Both the position numbers and the translations under genes were made by a program. A model generated the notes under the pieces. That model was not told where the DNA came from and did no database searches. It worked only from the letters and a program-made list of their open reading frames with translations. Positions 17,921 to 26,330 of a DNA stretch of 34,967 nt are shown one piece after another (the first letter of the stretch is position 1; each line of letters begins with the position of its first letter). The stretch is from a virus, in UHGV virus genome UHGV-0384159; one strand, given 5' to 3'.

Positions 17921-18372
17921 CTACTAATAATCAATGCAATCATGCCGAGGCGATAGCCAAGGAAATGTACAACATGTACCAATCCGCCATATCCCACGCC
18001 CCGAAAGAAACGGGCTGGGAAGATGAACCGGCCTATGTCAGGCAAGCGTGGTATCACGTCGCAGACCAGGCCCTCACCATCATCGGCAAGCACGCCGTTG
18101 AGGACATCAAAGACTATCTCGGCATCAAGGCTTCCGGGGCTTCCACCTGGTGGAAAAAAGCTCTCCTGGCTTTGGCTTCCGCCGCTGTGGGGATGCTCGG
18201 CTTATCTCTCTTCCAGGGCTGCGGGCACTCCGTAGACGTGACGCCAGGACGCACCGAGGTCTGCAAGGACGGTTCCTGCCTCGTCATTGAGCAGGGGCAT
18301 ATCTCCTATTCCCAGGCCCAGCCCAAGACGGAAGTTGAGCCCGTGGTGCAGGTAATCCCCAGCAAAAAATAA
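17917..18372 (+). CDS. hypothetical membrane protein (holin/spanin candidate)
   Basis: Central hydrophobic segment WWKKALLALASAAVGMLGLSLF. Confidence 0.35.
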   Translation: MTTNNQCNHAEAIAKEMYNMYQSAISHAPKETGWEDEPAYVRQAWYHVADQALTIIGKHAVEDIKDYLGIKASGASTWWKKALLALASAAVGMLGLSLFQGCGHSVDVTPGRTEVCKDGSCLVIEQGHISYSQAQPKTEVEPVVQVIPSKK

Positions 18373-18374
18373 CC

Positions 18375-18626
18375 ATGTGCAAACTCTCCGAAGTACCGGC
18401 GCGTTTCCTGGATTTTGCCAAGGCTTCACCCATGCTTGCCTGCGTCATGCTGTCGTTGGTCATTTGCGGCGGGGCGTGCTGGTACATCGGAGATGTCATG
18501 GGACATCACAACGACCGACTTTGCGATCTGATGACGATGCAGACGCAGGCCCAGGTAGAGACGGCAAAGGCTATTCAGCTTCTTGCCGTCAGAATAGAGA
18601 ATATCGAGCGGAAGCTTGAAAAATAG
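18375..18626 (+). CDS. small membrane protein with C-terminal coiled coil (holin/spanin candidate)
   Basis: N-terminal TM segment MLACVMLSLVICGGACWYIG, then a helical region. Confidence 0.35.
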   Translation: MCKLSEVPARFLDFAKASPMLACVMLSLVICGGACWYIGDVMGHHNDRLCDLMTMQTQAQVETAKAIQLLAVRIENIERKLEK

Positions 18627-18692
18627 TCAACTGTAAAGTTTTTCTTACAAGTTCATACATATTAATAACCAATCAATTAAAGGAGAATACCC

Positions 18693-19223
18693 AGGAAAAT
18701 AGCCATTGATATAGGCCATGCCAACAACACCGGAGCCCGTGGAAACAGGCTTGAAGAACACGCCGTAGCAGCGACGATTACGGAACGCCTCGCGCCTATG
18801 CTCAGAAAGCTGGGCGCCCAGGTGGACGTAATTGACTTTCCGGCCCAGAGCAACACGGACGACCTGAACGCCACCATCAAGGCCGCCAACGAAGGCGGCT
18901 ACGACTTCGGGATTTCCCTGCATTGTGACTCATCGGATAATGTGCAAGCTCACGGCGCCCATGTGTGCTTCTATCCCGGGAGCGTTAAGGGAAGCCGGCT
19001 TGCCATGTGCATCGCGGAACCTCTTGCCCGGCTGCTCCCAGGACGGGACTGCACGGTGTTGGCCCGTCCGGGGCTGGCCGTCCTGAAAAGGACGCGCTGC
19101 CCGTGGGTGCTGTGCGAATGCGGCTTTATCACCAATCCTGAAAATGCCGCCCTTATGAAGGACCATCCCGAAGCCATTGCGGAAGCCATTGCGGAAGGAG
19201 TGAAGGCCTATTCCAAGCTGTAG
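18693..19223 (+). CDS. N-acetylmuramoyl-L-alanine amidase (Amidase_3 family); proposed AGG start giving MKIAIDIGH…
   Basis: SD AAAGGAG at 18679-18685, 7-nt spacer, in-frame AGG 18693. The canonical N-terminus KIAIDIGHANNTGARG follows directly. First canonical start (ATG 18798) would remove the catalytic N-terminal motif. Confidence 0.6.
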   Translation, partial: RKIAIDIGHANNTGARGNRLEEHAVAATITERLAPMLRKLGAQVDVIDFPAQSNTDDLNATIKAANEGGYDFGISLHCDSSDNVQAHGAHVCFYPGSVKGSRLAMCIAEPLARLLPGRDCTVLARPGLAVLKRTRCPWVLCECGFITNPENAALMKDHPEAIAEAIAEGVKAYSKL

Positions 19224-19229
19224 ACGATC

Positions 19230-20453
19230 ATGATCTACGAGGCCCCATACTCCGCATGGTACGTTTCCGGAGCCGGAAACACGCTCCAACTCCTCAACCT
19301 CTGGGATGCCACGCCGGAGCCTCCCCGGTTCGGCGGAGACATAGAAGTCTTTGAAACGTCCCTGGTGGACGGCACGAGGGCTTTTGCGGAAGGATTGGGG
19401 TCTGCCGTAGAACACCGCACCTTTGCCTTTTACCGCTGGTTTAAGGACTACGAAGAAATGGCCAGGTATCAGGAAAACCTGGCTGTCTGGATGGCAACCA
19501 ACCAGAACGGCACTCTGTACATGCAGTTTGCCGACCAGCCTCAATGGAGATTCACGTCCGTCCTTGCCGGCTACCAATTTGAAACGGAGAACTTCATTCC
19601 TCCTCCGTCGCCGGAAGACGGTTATTTGTGCCTGCTGGTATCCATCAACATGACGCTCACGGACCGGGTTCCCGACAATTCAGCCTGGGTGTTCTCCGTG
19701 ACTCCTTCCTCGGTTTCCGTCCCGGCTGCCGGCGGACAATATGCGTTCTCCGTCGTCTCCTACTTCAACCCGGGCGAAATCGGGCAGGGCTGGAAAGCCT
19801 TTGAGAACGACGGCATCTCCATCTCCAACATCATCAACGGCAACAATGGCTCCTTCCGGGTTACAGTGCCTCCCAACGAAACTACGGAAGAAAAAAGCAT
19901 TTATCTGACAGTTTCCCAGGACGGAACCGGAATCGCTCCTCTCATTGAGATCACCCAGGCGGCAGCCACGCCCCAGGAGAAAACGGTGGGCTCTCCCGTC
20001 TTCCTGGAAGGGGATCCTGCCAAGATTGCCGCCTTGGGAACATTTAACTGGCGGCAATACCGGATGAAGTGGGGAGAACAGGTAGACGGTGATCCGCCGC
20101 CGGCAGCCTCCATCAAATCCGTCACCGTGGCCCGCGGGAGCGCCAACAACATCAGCGCTGCCCTTTCGCTGTACGTCCTCAATGAGGATGGGTCCACCAC
20201 AACGCTGCTGGCTACCAGCAACGCCGCGGTTAATGACGCCGCCAGCCAGCAGGCGACATTCACCTTCCCGGCGCCGCCCAAGGTGGAAGCCGGGATGCAG
20301 CTCATCTTCCAGCCCGGCGCCGTCGTATACACCAAAATTGAGAATATCACGGCCTACGATTGGGGCGGCATTGCCTATCGGCCTTATCCGGCCGCAATCA
20401 CCACGCCTGCCGTGATGCCGGCCATGTCGCTGGACGTCGAATACATCGGATAA
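19230..20453 (+). CDS. major tail protein with C-terminal Ig-like domain
   Basis: Sits just before the chaperone and tape measure. C-terminal half resembles Big/Ig-like (SVSVPAAGGQYAFSVVSY…VTVPPNETTEEKSIYLTVSQDG). Confidence 0.45.
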   Translation: MIYEAPYSAWYVSGAGNTLQLLNLWDATPEPPRFGGDIEVFETSLVDGTRAFAEGLGSAVEHRTFAFYRWFKDYEEMARYQENLAVWMATNQNGTLYMQFADQPQWRFTSVLAGYQFETENFIPPPSPEDGYLCLLVSINMTLTDRVPDNSAWVFSVTPSSVSVPAAGGQYAFSVVSYFNPGEIGQGWKAFENDGISISNIINGNNGSFRVTVPPNETTEEKSIYLTVSQDGTGIAPLIEITQAAATPQEKTVGSPVFLEGDPAKIAALGTFNWRQYRMKWGEQVDGDPPPAASIKSVTVARGSANNISAALSLYVLNEDGSTTTLLATSNAAVNDAASQQATFTFPAPPKVEAGMQLIFQPGAVVYTKIENITAYDWGGIAYRPYPAAITTPAVMPAMSLDVEYIG

Positions 20454-20480
20454 CAACACCTTTTCAACATACCACCAATC

Positions 20481-20771
20481 ATGACTGACCAATCCACTCA
20501 ACCTGAAAACGGCATGGAACGGCTTTTCGGAGAATTTGCCGAAGCCTGCCTCAAGAACCCCTCCCTGGACCAGGCGACGCGAGCCTTGCGGGAAAGCGTC
20601 TTTGCCGCTGCCGGACAAGCCGGCGTCAACCCCTCCGAAGCCTTCGGCATCATCTTCCGGGATATGATGATGCTTGAATACTTCCAAAAACGCGTGGACG
20701 ACGCCCGCGCCAGCCTCGCGGACGGGAAACTTCCTGCTTTCGCCATCGAAGAAGTCAACACTCAACGATAA
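20481..20771 (+). CDS. tail assembly chaperone (position-based)
   Basis: 96-aa ORF immediately upstream of the tape-measure-like gene. Confidence 0.35.
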   Translation: MTDQSTQPENGMERLFGEFAEACLKNPSLDQATRALRESVFAAAGQAGVNPSEAFGIIFRDMMMLEYFQKRVDDARASLADGKLPAFAIEEVNTQR

Positions 20772-20789
20772 CCCCTTATCAATTCCACC

Positions 20790-22640
20790 ATGGCTACCAA
20801 GAAAGAAATCGAAATCAAGCTCAAGTCCACGCTGGACGGAAAAGGCGTAGAAGAAGCAAAGCAGAAGATTGACTCCCTGAATAAATCCACAGACCAGCTC
20901 GACAAAGGCAGTCAAAAGGCGACCAAGAGCATCAAGAACATGGGGAAGGGCACCTTACAGGCGGCCTACTTCTTCGATGACCTGCAATACGGCATCAAGG
21001 GCATCCTGAACAATATTCCGGGCCTTGTAATAGGCTTCGGCGGCGGGGCGGGCCTAGCCGGCGCTCTCTCCCTCGCCACGCTTGCAGGCGCGAAGCTCTA
21101 CGAGTGGCTTTCCTCGACGGAAGAGAAGTCAGTTGATTTGACTAAAAAACTTGAAGAAGAAAGAGAGGCTTTCAAAAAGTTAAAAGAAGAAGTTGGTGAA
21201 ATTTCTCGGCAAAACAACAATGAACAAATATTACGGGCGGCAATAGATAGTGCAAAAAAAATAGCTGATTATCGTAAAGAAGAAGCTAACGCATTAAAAT
21301 ATTCTTTGGATTATCGTAAAGAGTTGATTGCTTTAGAATCTGGAATTAATGACGATGAAGCAGAGATCGCCCGCCTAAAAGTAGAGGAAGATTTTGCTAA
21401 TGGGAAATTAGGTGAAGGCGCCGAGGCTGAGCGTCGAAGAGCTCGCTTGTTAGAAGGCATCGAATTAGATAGCCGCGCAAGAAGGAGAAATGAAAGAGAA
21501 GAATCAGCAAAATTAGATGTGTCCGACGCAGTCAATAAGAGAATTGATGCAGCTCGTACCGCAAGAGAAGCTCAAGAGTCACTCCAAAATGCAAAATCTA
21601 ATTCTTACGATATCATGTCTCTTGAAGAAAGAAGGGCGTCAGAAGTTTCTTTAAGTGAAATGAGAAAATCTTTAATAAATGATTTATATGGAGCTTTAAA
21701 ATCGTATAGAGATAAAGAAAGAGATTCCGGAGCCTTACGATATAGGAATGTAAGTGATAAATCTATTTATGATACAGCTAATGAGTTTGTAAATGGAGAA
21801 GAAATTTCAAATAAATTGGTGTATGCATTGCTCGATAAATACCGACCTAGCGACGCAGAATCTAGAAGAGCAAAAATATTTGATATTCAAGGAAACATAG
21901 AGAGAAGTGACATTTCTCTTCAGGATAAAGGTTTTAATTTGGGTGATATGACTTTTGGAGATGGAGGTTATTTGAATGCCTATAAATCTTATGCTGAAAC
22001 CGTAGAAACTCTTGAAAAAGAATATGAAGAATCGGAAAAGTCTTTAATATCAGCAAAGAATGATGAAGAAATAGCAACGCGAAAGCTATCTGATGTAAAG
22101 AGAAAAAACGCCTCGGAAGCCGCTGTTGATATACAACGCGGTAGGACGTCTCAAGCTCAGGAGAGAAGGCAAATCCGTGAAGAAACAGAAAAAGAGGATA
22201 CCGAGAATGAAATCGAAGGCAGAAAAAAAGAAATAGAAACCAAAAAAGATGCTCTGAAGAAGAATAAGGATAATTTTTCTGCTGAACTGGAGCGTTTAGT
22301 TGTTGCTGCAGGGGAGTCTGCCAGTGAGCAACAGAAAGCGATGGTTAGAGCCGCTTCGGAGGCTATTCGGAATCAGGTTAAAAACGCCTCGGCAGATGGA
22401 ATAATTGACTCAGCAGAATATACACAAATAGGAGTTGCCTTTAGAGATGCTTTGAGGCAGCAAGGAATTCAAAACACCTCAATTCTGAATGGACTTACCA
22501 CAAATATGAAACAAGCTCTTTCCCTTGTTAATCAACAAGCGGCAGAATTAAGAGTTCAGCAGGCACGAATCGATCAGTTAACTCGAGAGCTAAAACAAGC
22601 TCAAAATAATATTGGAGGATTACGGCGCAGAAAACATTGA
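20790..22640 (+). CDS. tape-measure-like protein; the C-terminal roughly 500 aa are encoded by AT-rich DNA
   Basis: Glycine-rich hydrophobic N-terminal segment (GLVIGFGGGAGLAGALSLATLAGA) followed by a long K/E-rich predicted coiled coil. Nucleotide composition drops abruptly at about 21120. Confidence 0.45.
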   Translation: MATKKEIEIKLKSTLDGKGVEEAKQKIDSLNKSTDQLDKGSQKATKSIKNMGKGTLQAAYFFDDLQYGIKGILNNIPGLVIGFGGGAGLAGALSLATLAGAKLYEWLSSTEEKSVDLTKKLEEEREAFKKLKEEVGEISRQNNNEQILRAAIDSAKKIADYRKEEANALKYSLDYRKELIALESGINDDEAEIARLKVEEDFANGKLGEGAEAERRRARLLEGIELDSRARRRNEREESAKLDVSDAVNKRIDAARTAREAQESLQNAKSNSYDIMSLEERRASEVSLSEMRKSLINDLYGALKSYRDKERDSGALRYRNVSDKSIYDTANEFVNGEEISNKLVYALLDKYRPSDAESRRAKIFDIQGNIERSDISLQDKGFNLGDMTFGDGGYLNAYKSYAETVETLEKEYEESEKSLISAKNDEEIATRKLSDVKRKNASEAAVDIQRGRTSQAQERRQIREETEKEDTENEIEGRKKEIETKKDALKKNKDNFSAELERLVVAAGESASEQQKAMVRAASEAIRNQVKNASADGIIDSAEYTQIGVAFRDALRQQGIQNTSILNGLTTNMKQALSLVNQQAAELRVQQARIDQLTRELKQAQNNIGGLRRRKH

Positions 22641-22652
22641 AGAAAAATTATC

Positions 22653-23057
22653 ATGATGTATGATGTTGCCATGAAATATTTCTACTTCTGCGGGAATGTT
22701 GTCAAAGGCCCCATATCATTCAGGCAACTACAAATTTTAATTAAAAATCATGTCATAGGACCTGAAACATTAATTTGCGCAGAAGGAACAAATAAATGGT
22801 TCAAGGCTGATGAATTACTAAGGGAAAGCAATAAAACAACTTATTCTACTAAGAAACTTCCAAATCGCAAAGAAAGTAATTCTTTTCTTTCCACAGTCCT
22901 TATATTTCTCGCAACCCTATCGATAGGAGGGGGCTTCATTATGGGGATTGTAAGTTTTGAAGCAGGGTTAATTGGTATTGGAATGGGTTATATTCTGGGA
23001 GGTGCCGTAGTGGCTGTACTTTGGTACACGCTGTATATTTTACTTGCCAAAAAATAA
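22653..23057 (+). CDS. membrane protein with N-terminal DUF4339/GYF-like domain and two C-terminal TM helices
   Basis: YFYFCGNVVKGPISFRQLQILIKNHVIGPETLICAEGTNKWFKADEL motif; TM segments at the C-terminus; AT-rich. Confidence 0.45.
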   Translation: MMYDVAMKYFYFCGNVVKGPISFRQLQILIKNHVIGPETLICAEGTNKWFKADELLRESNKTTYSTKKLPNRKESNSFLSTVLIFLATLSIGGGFIMGIVSFEAGLIGIGMGYILGGAVVAVLWYTLYILLAKK

Positions 23058-23159
23058 ATAAAGCCGGGAAAAGAGATTGTCAAAGACAAGCAAAAAAAAC
23101 AGTAGCCTGAAACACAGACAGAAGAATATTGTCAACAACCAACCAAATTCTCAAGCAGC

Positions 23160-25337
23160 AGGAACCATAACATTACCATAGATGACTTGCTGGCTCTCAA
23201 GCCATCAAGCCTCACGCACGATCAACAGAGCTTCTCCACGTCCACCATTACGGCAGTTTACCCCGTCAGGACGCTTGGGGAAACTTTGCCGTACAAGCAA
23301 TTCGATACCGTCACCATCTCCCAAAACGGACAAGTCATCCTAGTGGGGCTGGTGTCCAATATTGAAAAAGTATACAGCGGCAGCCAGCGGTCCTGGAGGA
23401 TTGTTTTTTCCGACCCCTGGTATTACCTCGCTAATTGCTATGCCTTGGAAAATGGATGGCAGCCGACGTTCGGGCTTTTCCCCCGTAAAGGCGTAGAGGG
23501 TATTATTCCCAAGGTCAACCTGAGCGGCGCTTTGTCCAGCGTGCTTGACATGGCAAAGCACCACCCAGCCAGCTATGAGCTGCGCATCAGAGACGACAAG
23601 CAGCTGATACCGTGGAATGCATCCTGCGACACTCTTCAAAGTCTGCTGCAGTCCATCCGGCGCTGGTCTCCGCGTATGGTCAGTTATTATGACTATACGG
23701 GAGAGAAACCGAAACTCATCATTACGGACTACGATTCTCTCGACCCTATTTCCCTGCCGCTGCAACCCTCCGCCACAGTCAAAAGCATAGACGTATCACT
23801 GTCACCGCGAGGCGACCTTGTTCCCCCCTGTGTTGCGATTGTGGCAGAATCTACCGGCAGTTCAGGCTATCGCGTCTCCTACCTTTCCAAGTACCCGTCG
23901 GACGGCGACCCTACGCTGCCGCATTCGATCGTCTATCGCGTCTCCTCTGACTTTTATTTCTCCAATTACAATGAGTCAGGCGGTTCCGCTTCCGAACCCC
24001 AGCCCGTAAAGACTTCCAGATCCGGCAGCTTGGCTTATCAGAAGATGATTGTCAAAGGGCGCCGCATTGACGCTGCGGACATGATCAACAGCTTTTGGGC
24101 ACACCATTTCCCGTGGATGAAAGACATCCCGGCAGGGCAGCTTGTGACCTATTCCGACCGGGTCGTCACTCCCAAGGCATGGGAAGGCACGGAAGAGGAA
24201 AAACCCAAGGGGTACGACACCACGGCAACCGCATACGAACTTACAGACGGGCAGATTCACACAAAATCCCTGCGCCCTAAATGGTGCAATACCACCATCA
24301 AGCAGCGTCTAGCCATTCCGGAAAATGCCCCGGCCAAGTGGAGAGAAAAATTTAAGAACATCGGAGTAATTGGAGGAGGAGACACGCCTTGTTTCTGGCA
24401 GGAATTTTCCGTGGACCTGGTGACACTCGACCGCCCCAATGCTACCTATCCGATTGACGGCATTTATAACGGCGAACAGCCGTCAAACGATGAAGACGGA
24501 CCCTCTACCGGACCCAATGACGGAATACCTTATGCCGACATAGCAAGAACGGTGTGGGAATCCATGCAGGAACTTCCCTATGACGGGTCTATCTCCTTTG
24601 CGGCTCGCGGGGGGGCTCAATACTGGCAATACATGGGGCGCCGTGTTTCCTTGCTTGGCGGCAATCCGGAATGGGAAACTATCAATACCATGGTGCAGAC
24701 CGTAAGCCGTGACTTGCAGACCAACGTTATTGAACTTTCCTACGGCTCTCCGTCTCAACTTGGAATCGAAGATTTACTTGAGCTTAATGAAGTGAATGTT
24801 ATTTCAGATGCCTCTTCCGCGTTGGAAAACATGCAGGGAGCGCCGGAACCAATTGACCTGACCTACGACCCCAAGCCGGAATCTCCGACCATTGGACAAC
24901 AGATTACGACCGCCACCGGGTCTGAAGCTCCTGCGCCGGAATACGGCTTCCAGGTGCGCCTGACCAAGGACACAGAAGGAAACATCACCGATGCTCGCAT
25001 CAAACCCGGCGCTCTCTACCTCAACGGCTCTCTCTTGGGATTCTACCCGACCGGAGACGGCGGCTCCGGCTCCTCCTGGGTGAAACTCCCGATGACCAGC
25101 GGGGAGGTCTGGATAAATGTCCACTTCGACCAGGACGCCAAGTTAACCAGCGCGGAAATGTCAGGCATACCGGGAACGGTGTACCCGATCATGCTCGCCC
25201 AGGAAAAACCCGGCGTCAACTTTGACTATGCTTTTCAGGTTGCCGACATCAACGAAGACCAGGTCACGCAATACGCCCTGGGCATGATCCAGATCCCGGT
25301 CTTCGGAGGCACCTTCTACCCCTACGGACCAGCTTAA
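23160..25337 (+). CDS. large distal tail / host-interaction protein; possible AGG start (track start TTG 23187)
   Basis: 716-aa-plus ORF after the tape-measure-like gene. Frame open from 23106; in-frame AGG 23160 sits in the context GCAGGAACCAT, identical to the terL AGG context. Confidence 0.4.
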   Translation, partial: RNHNITIDDLLALKPSSLTHDQQSFSTSTITAVYPVRTLGETLPYKQFDTVTISQNGQVILVGLVSNIEKVYSGSQRSWRIVFSDPWYYLANCYALENGWQPTFGLFPRKGVEGIIPKVNLSGALSSVLDMAKHHPASYELRIRDDKQLIPWNASCDTLQSLLQSIRRWSPRMVSYYDYTGEKPKLIITDYDSLDPISLPLQPSATVKSIDVSLSPRGDLVPPCVAIVAESTGSSGYRVSYLSKYPSDGDPTLPHSIVYRVSSDFYFSNYNESGGSASEPQPVKTSRSGSLAYQKMIVKGRRIDAADMINSFWAHHFPWMKDIPAGQLVTYSDRVVTPKAWEGTEEEKPKGYDTTATAYELTDGQIHTKSLRPKWCNTTIKQRLAIPENAPAKWREKFKNIGVIGGGDTPCFWQEFSVDLVTLDRPNATYPIDGIYNGEQPSNDEDGPSTGPNDGIPYADIARTVWESMQELPYDGSISFAARGGAQYWQYMGRRVSLLGGNPEWETINTMVQTVSRDLQTNVIELSYGSPSQLGIEDLLELNEVNVISDASSALENMQGAPEPIDLTYDPKPESPTIGQQITTATGSEAPAPEYGFQVRLTKDTEGNITDARIKPGALYLNGSLLGFYPTGDGGSGSSWVKLPMTSGEVWINVHFDQDAKLTSAEMSGIPGTVYPIMLAQEKPGVNFDYAFQVADINEDQVTQYALGMIQIPVFGGTFYPYGPA

Positions 25338-25349
25338 CCAGACAATACG

Positions 25350-26075
25350 ATGATCAGAATCTATCTATTCACCTATGCCGGAGACGCGGATGAGGCGCAA
25401 GCCTGCGTCCGGTGCGCCTTGGCAGCCCTCCCTGAAGCCGTCATTACCGTGGCGGACGATGAGGCCGACCCCGTACCGGAACGCACCAGAAAGGCGCTTC
25501 TGGCAGCCGGAGCGCGGTATCGTCAAACCAGCTTCCCGCGCTACGGCAACCTGCGCGGTCCGGAATGCGTCCGGGGCATTATCTCCATGCTGGCCGGCGA
25601 AGCGGCGGACGATGACATCGTCGTCAAAATCGACTCGGATACGGCGCTGCTCAACGGAGCATGGATCAGGGACATGTCTGAAACGGGGGCTCACTGGTGC
25701 GCCTCGGGAGCAGATAGCCGGCAATTCTACGGTCTGTGTTATGCCATGACCGGACTGGCCGCCAAACGAGCCGCGGAAGTGCTGATGCAAGCAGATCTGC
25801 CGGACAACGCTCCGGAGGATCTTACCATCGGGCACACGGTCATTGAACTTTTTGGGGTCGGCAAGGGGAGAATTATCCCCCCCTGGACGCCCCAAAACAG
25901 GGCTGGCCGCTGGTCGGCATGGAACTGGTTCAGCATTTCGGTCGCCCCGGAAAAATATGTTGGGTTTGACGTTGTAACCGTGGGAAGCCCCCGTCCTCCC
26001 CATATTCCAAAAGCAAACCGGGCCCGCGTCATGGATGCCTTATTCCGCTGCCGTTTTCACCAGAAAGAAAATTGA
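25350..26075 (+). CDS. putative GT-A fold glycosyltransferase-like protein (DxD motif), possible lysogenic-conversion moron
   Basis: N-terminal beta-strand IYLFTYAGD and hydrophobic-DxD (DIVVKIDSDTALL). Located between the tail genes and attP/int. Contains a C7 run at 25867-25873. Confidence 0.3.
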   Translation: MIRIYLFTYAGDADEAQACVRCALAALPEAVITVADDEADPVPERTRKALLAAGARYRQTSFPRYGNLRGPECVRGIISMLAGEAADDDIVVKIDSDTALLNGAWIRDMSETGAHWCASGADSRQFYGLCYAMTGLAAKRAAEVLMQADLPDNAPEDLTIGHTVIELFGVGKGRIIPPWTPQNRAGRWSAWNWFSISVAPEKYVGFDVVTVGSPRPPHIPKANRARVMDALFRCRFHQKEN

Positions 26076-26330
26076 TCATCTTGTTGATATCAACAACATG
26101 ACCCTGAGGGTAGGAAAGGAACTGTACAAAAAGCTGAACATTATATTCATAAGTATATTTATAATCAATAAATATAATCCCTCCCGCTCCGCCACTTTTT
26201 TATTACGCTAGAGCACGGAAAGCCTGATTTTACAAGGTTTCCGTGCTTTTTTATTACGCTACATTACCACAGAAAACGGAAAGGTTGCTGTACAAGTGGC
26301 TGTACAAGTTTTAAAAATTGTACAGTTCAT
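26076..26330. other. putative attP / integrase control region with dense repeat architecture
   Basis: 16-bp palindrome TTGTTGATATCAACAA (26081-26096). CTGTACAA at 26122, 26288 and 26300 plus an inverted copy TTGTACAG at 26318. 15-bp direct repeat TTTTTTATTACGCTA at 26196-26210 and 26247-26261. AT-rich block 26141-26180. Confidence 0.4.
26212..26252 (+). terminator. intrinsic terminator AGCACGGAAA…TTTCCGTGCT + TTTTTT
   Basis: 10-bp stem with 16-nt loop followed by a T6 run, downstream of the GT-like gene. Confidence 0.5.

Noticed and set aside
17917-18372. Lipoprotein (o-spanin-like) call for the 151-aa protein based on LSLFQGC
   Set aside because: The Cys is about 100 residues from the N-terminus, so this is not a signal-peptidase II lipobox context.
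5631-18705. Hypothesis that the late genes initiate at AUA/AUU codons (ATA 5631 in terS, ATT 6153 in terL, ATA 18699 in the amidase)
   Set aside because: Considered first, but the capsid and fibre have no such codon available, whereas every case has an in-frame AGG upstream of the conserved N-terminus and the genome encodes a CCU initiator-like tRNA. AGG explains all cases.
26076-26330. tRNA 3' fragment as the attP core
   Set aside because: No acceptor/T-arm-like sequence with a CCA-proximal stem could be folded here; the repeats look like protein-binding sites instead.
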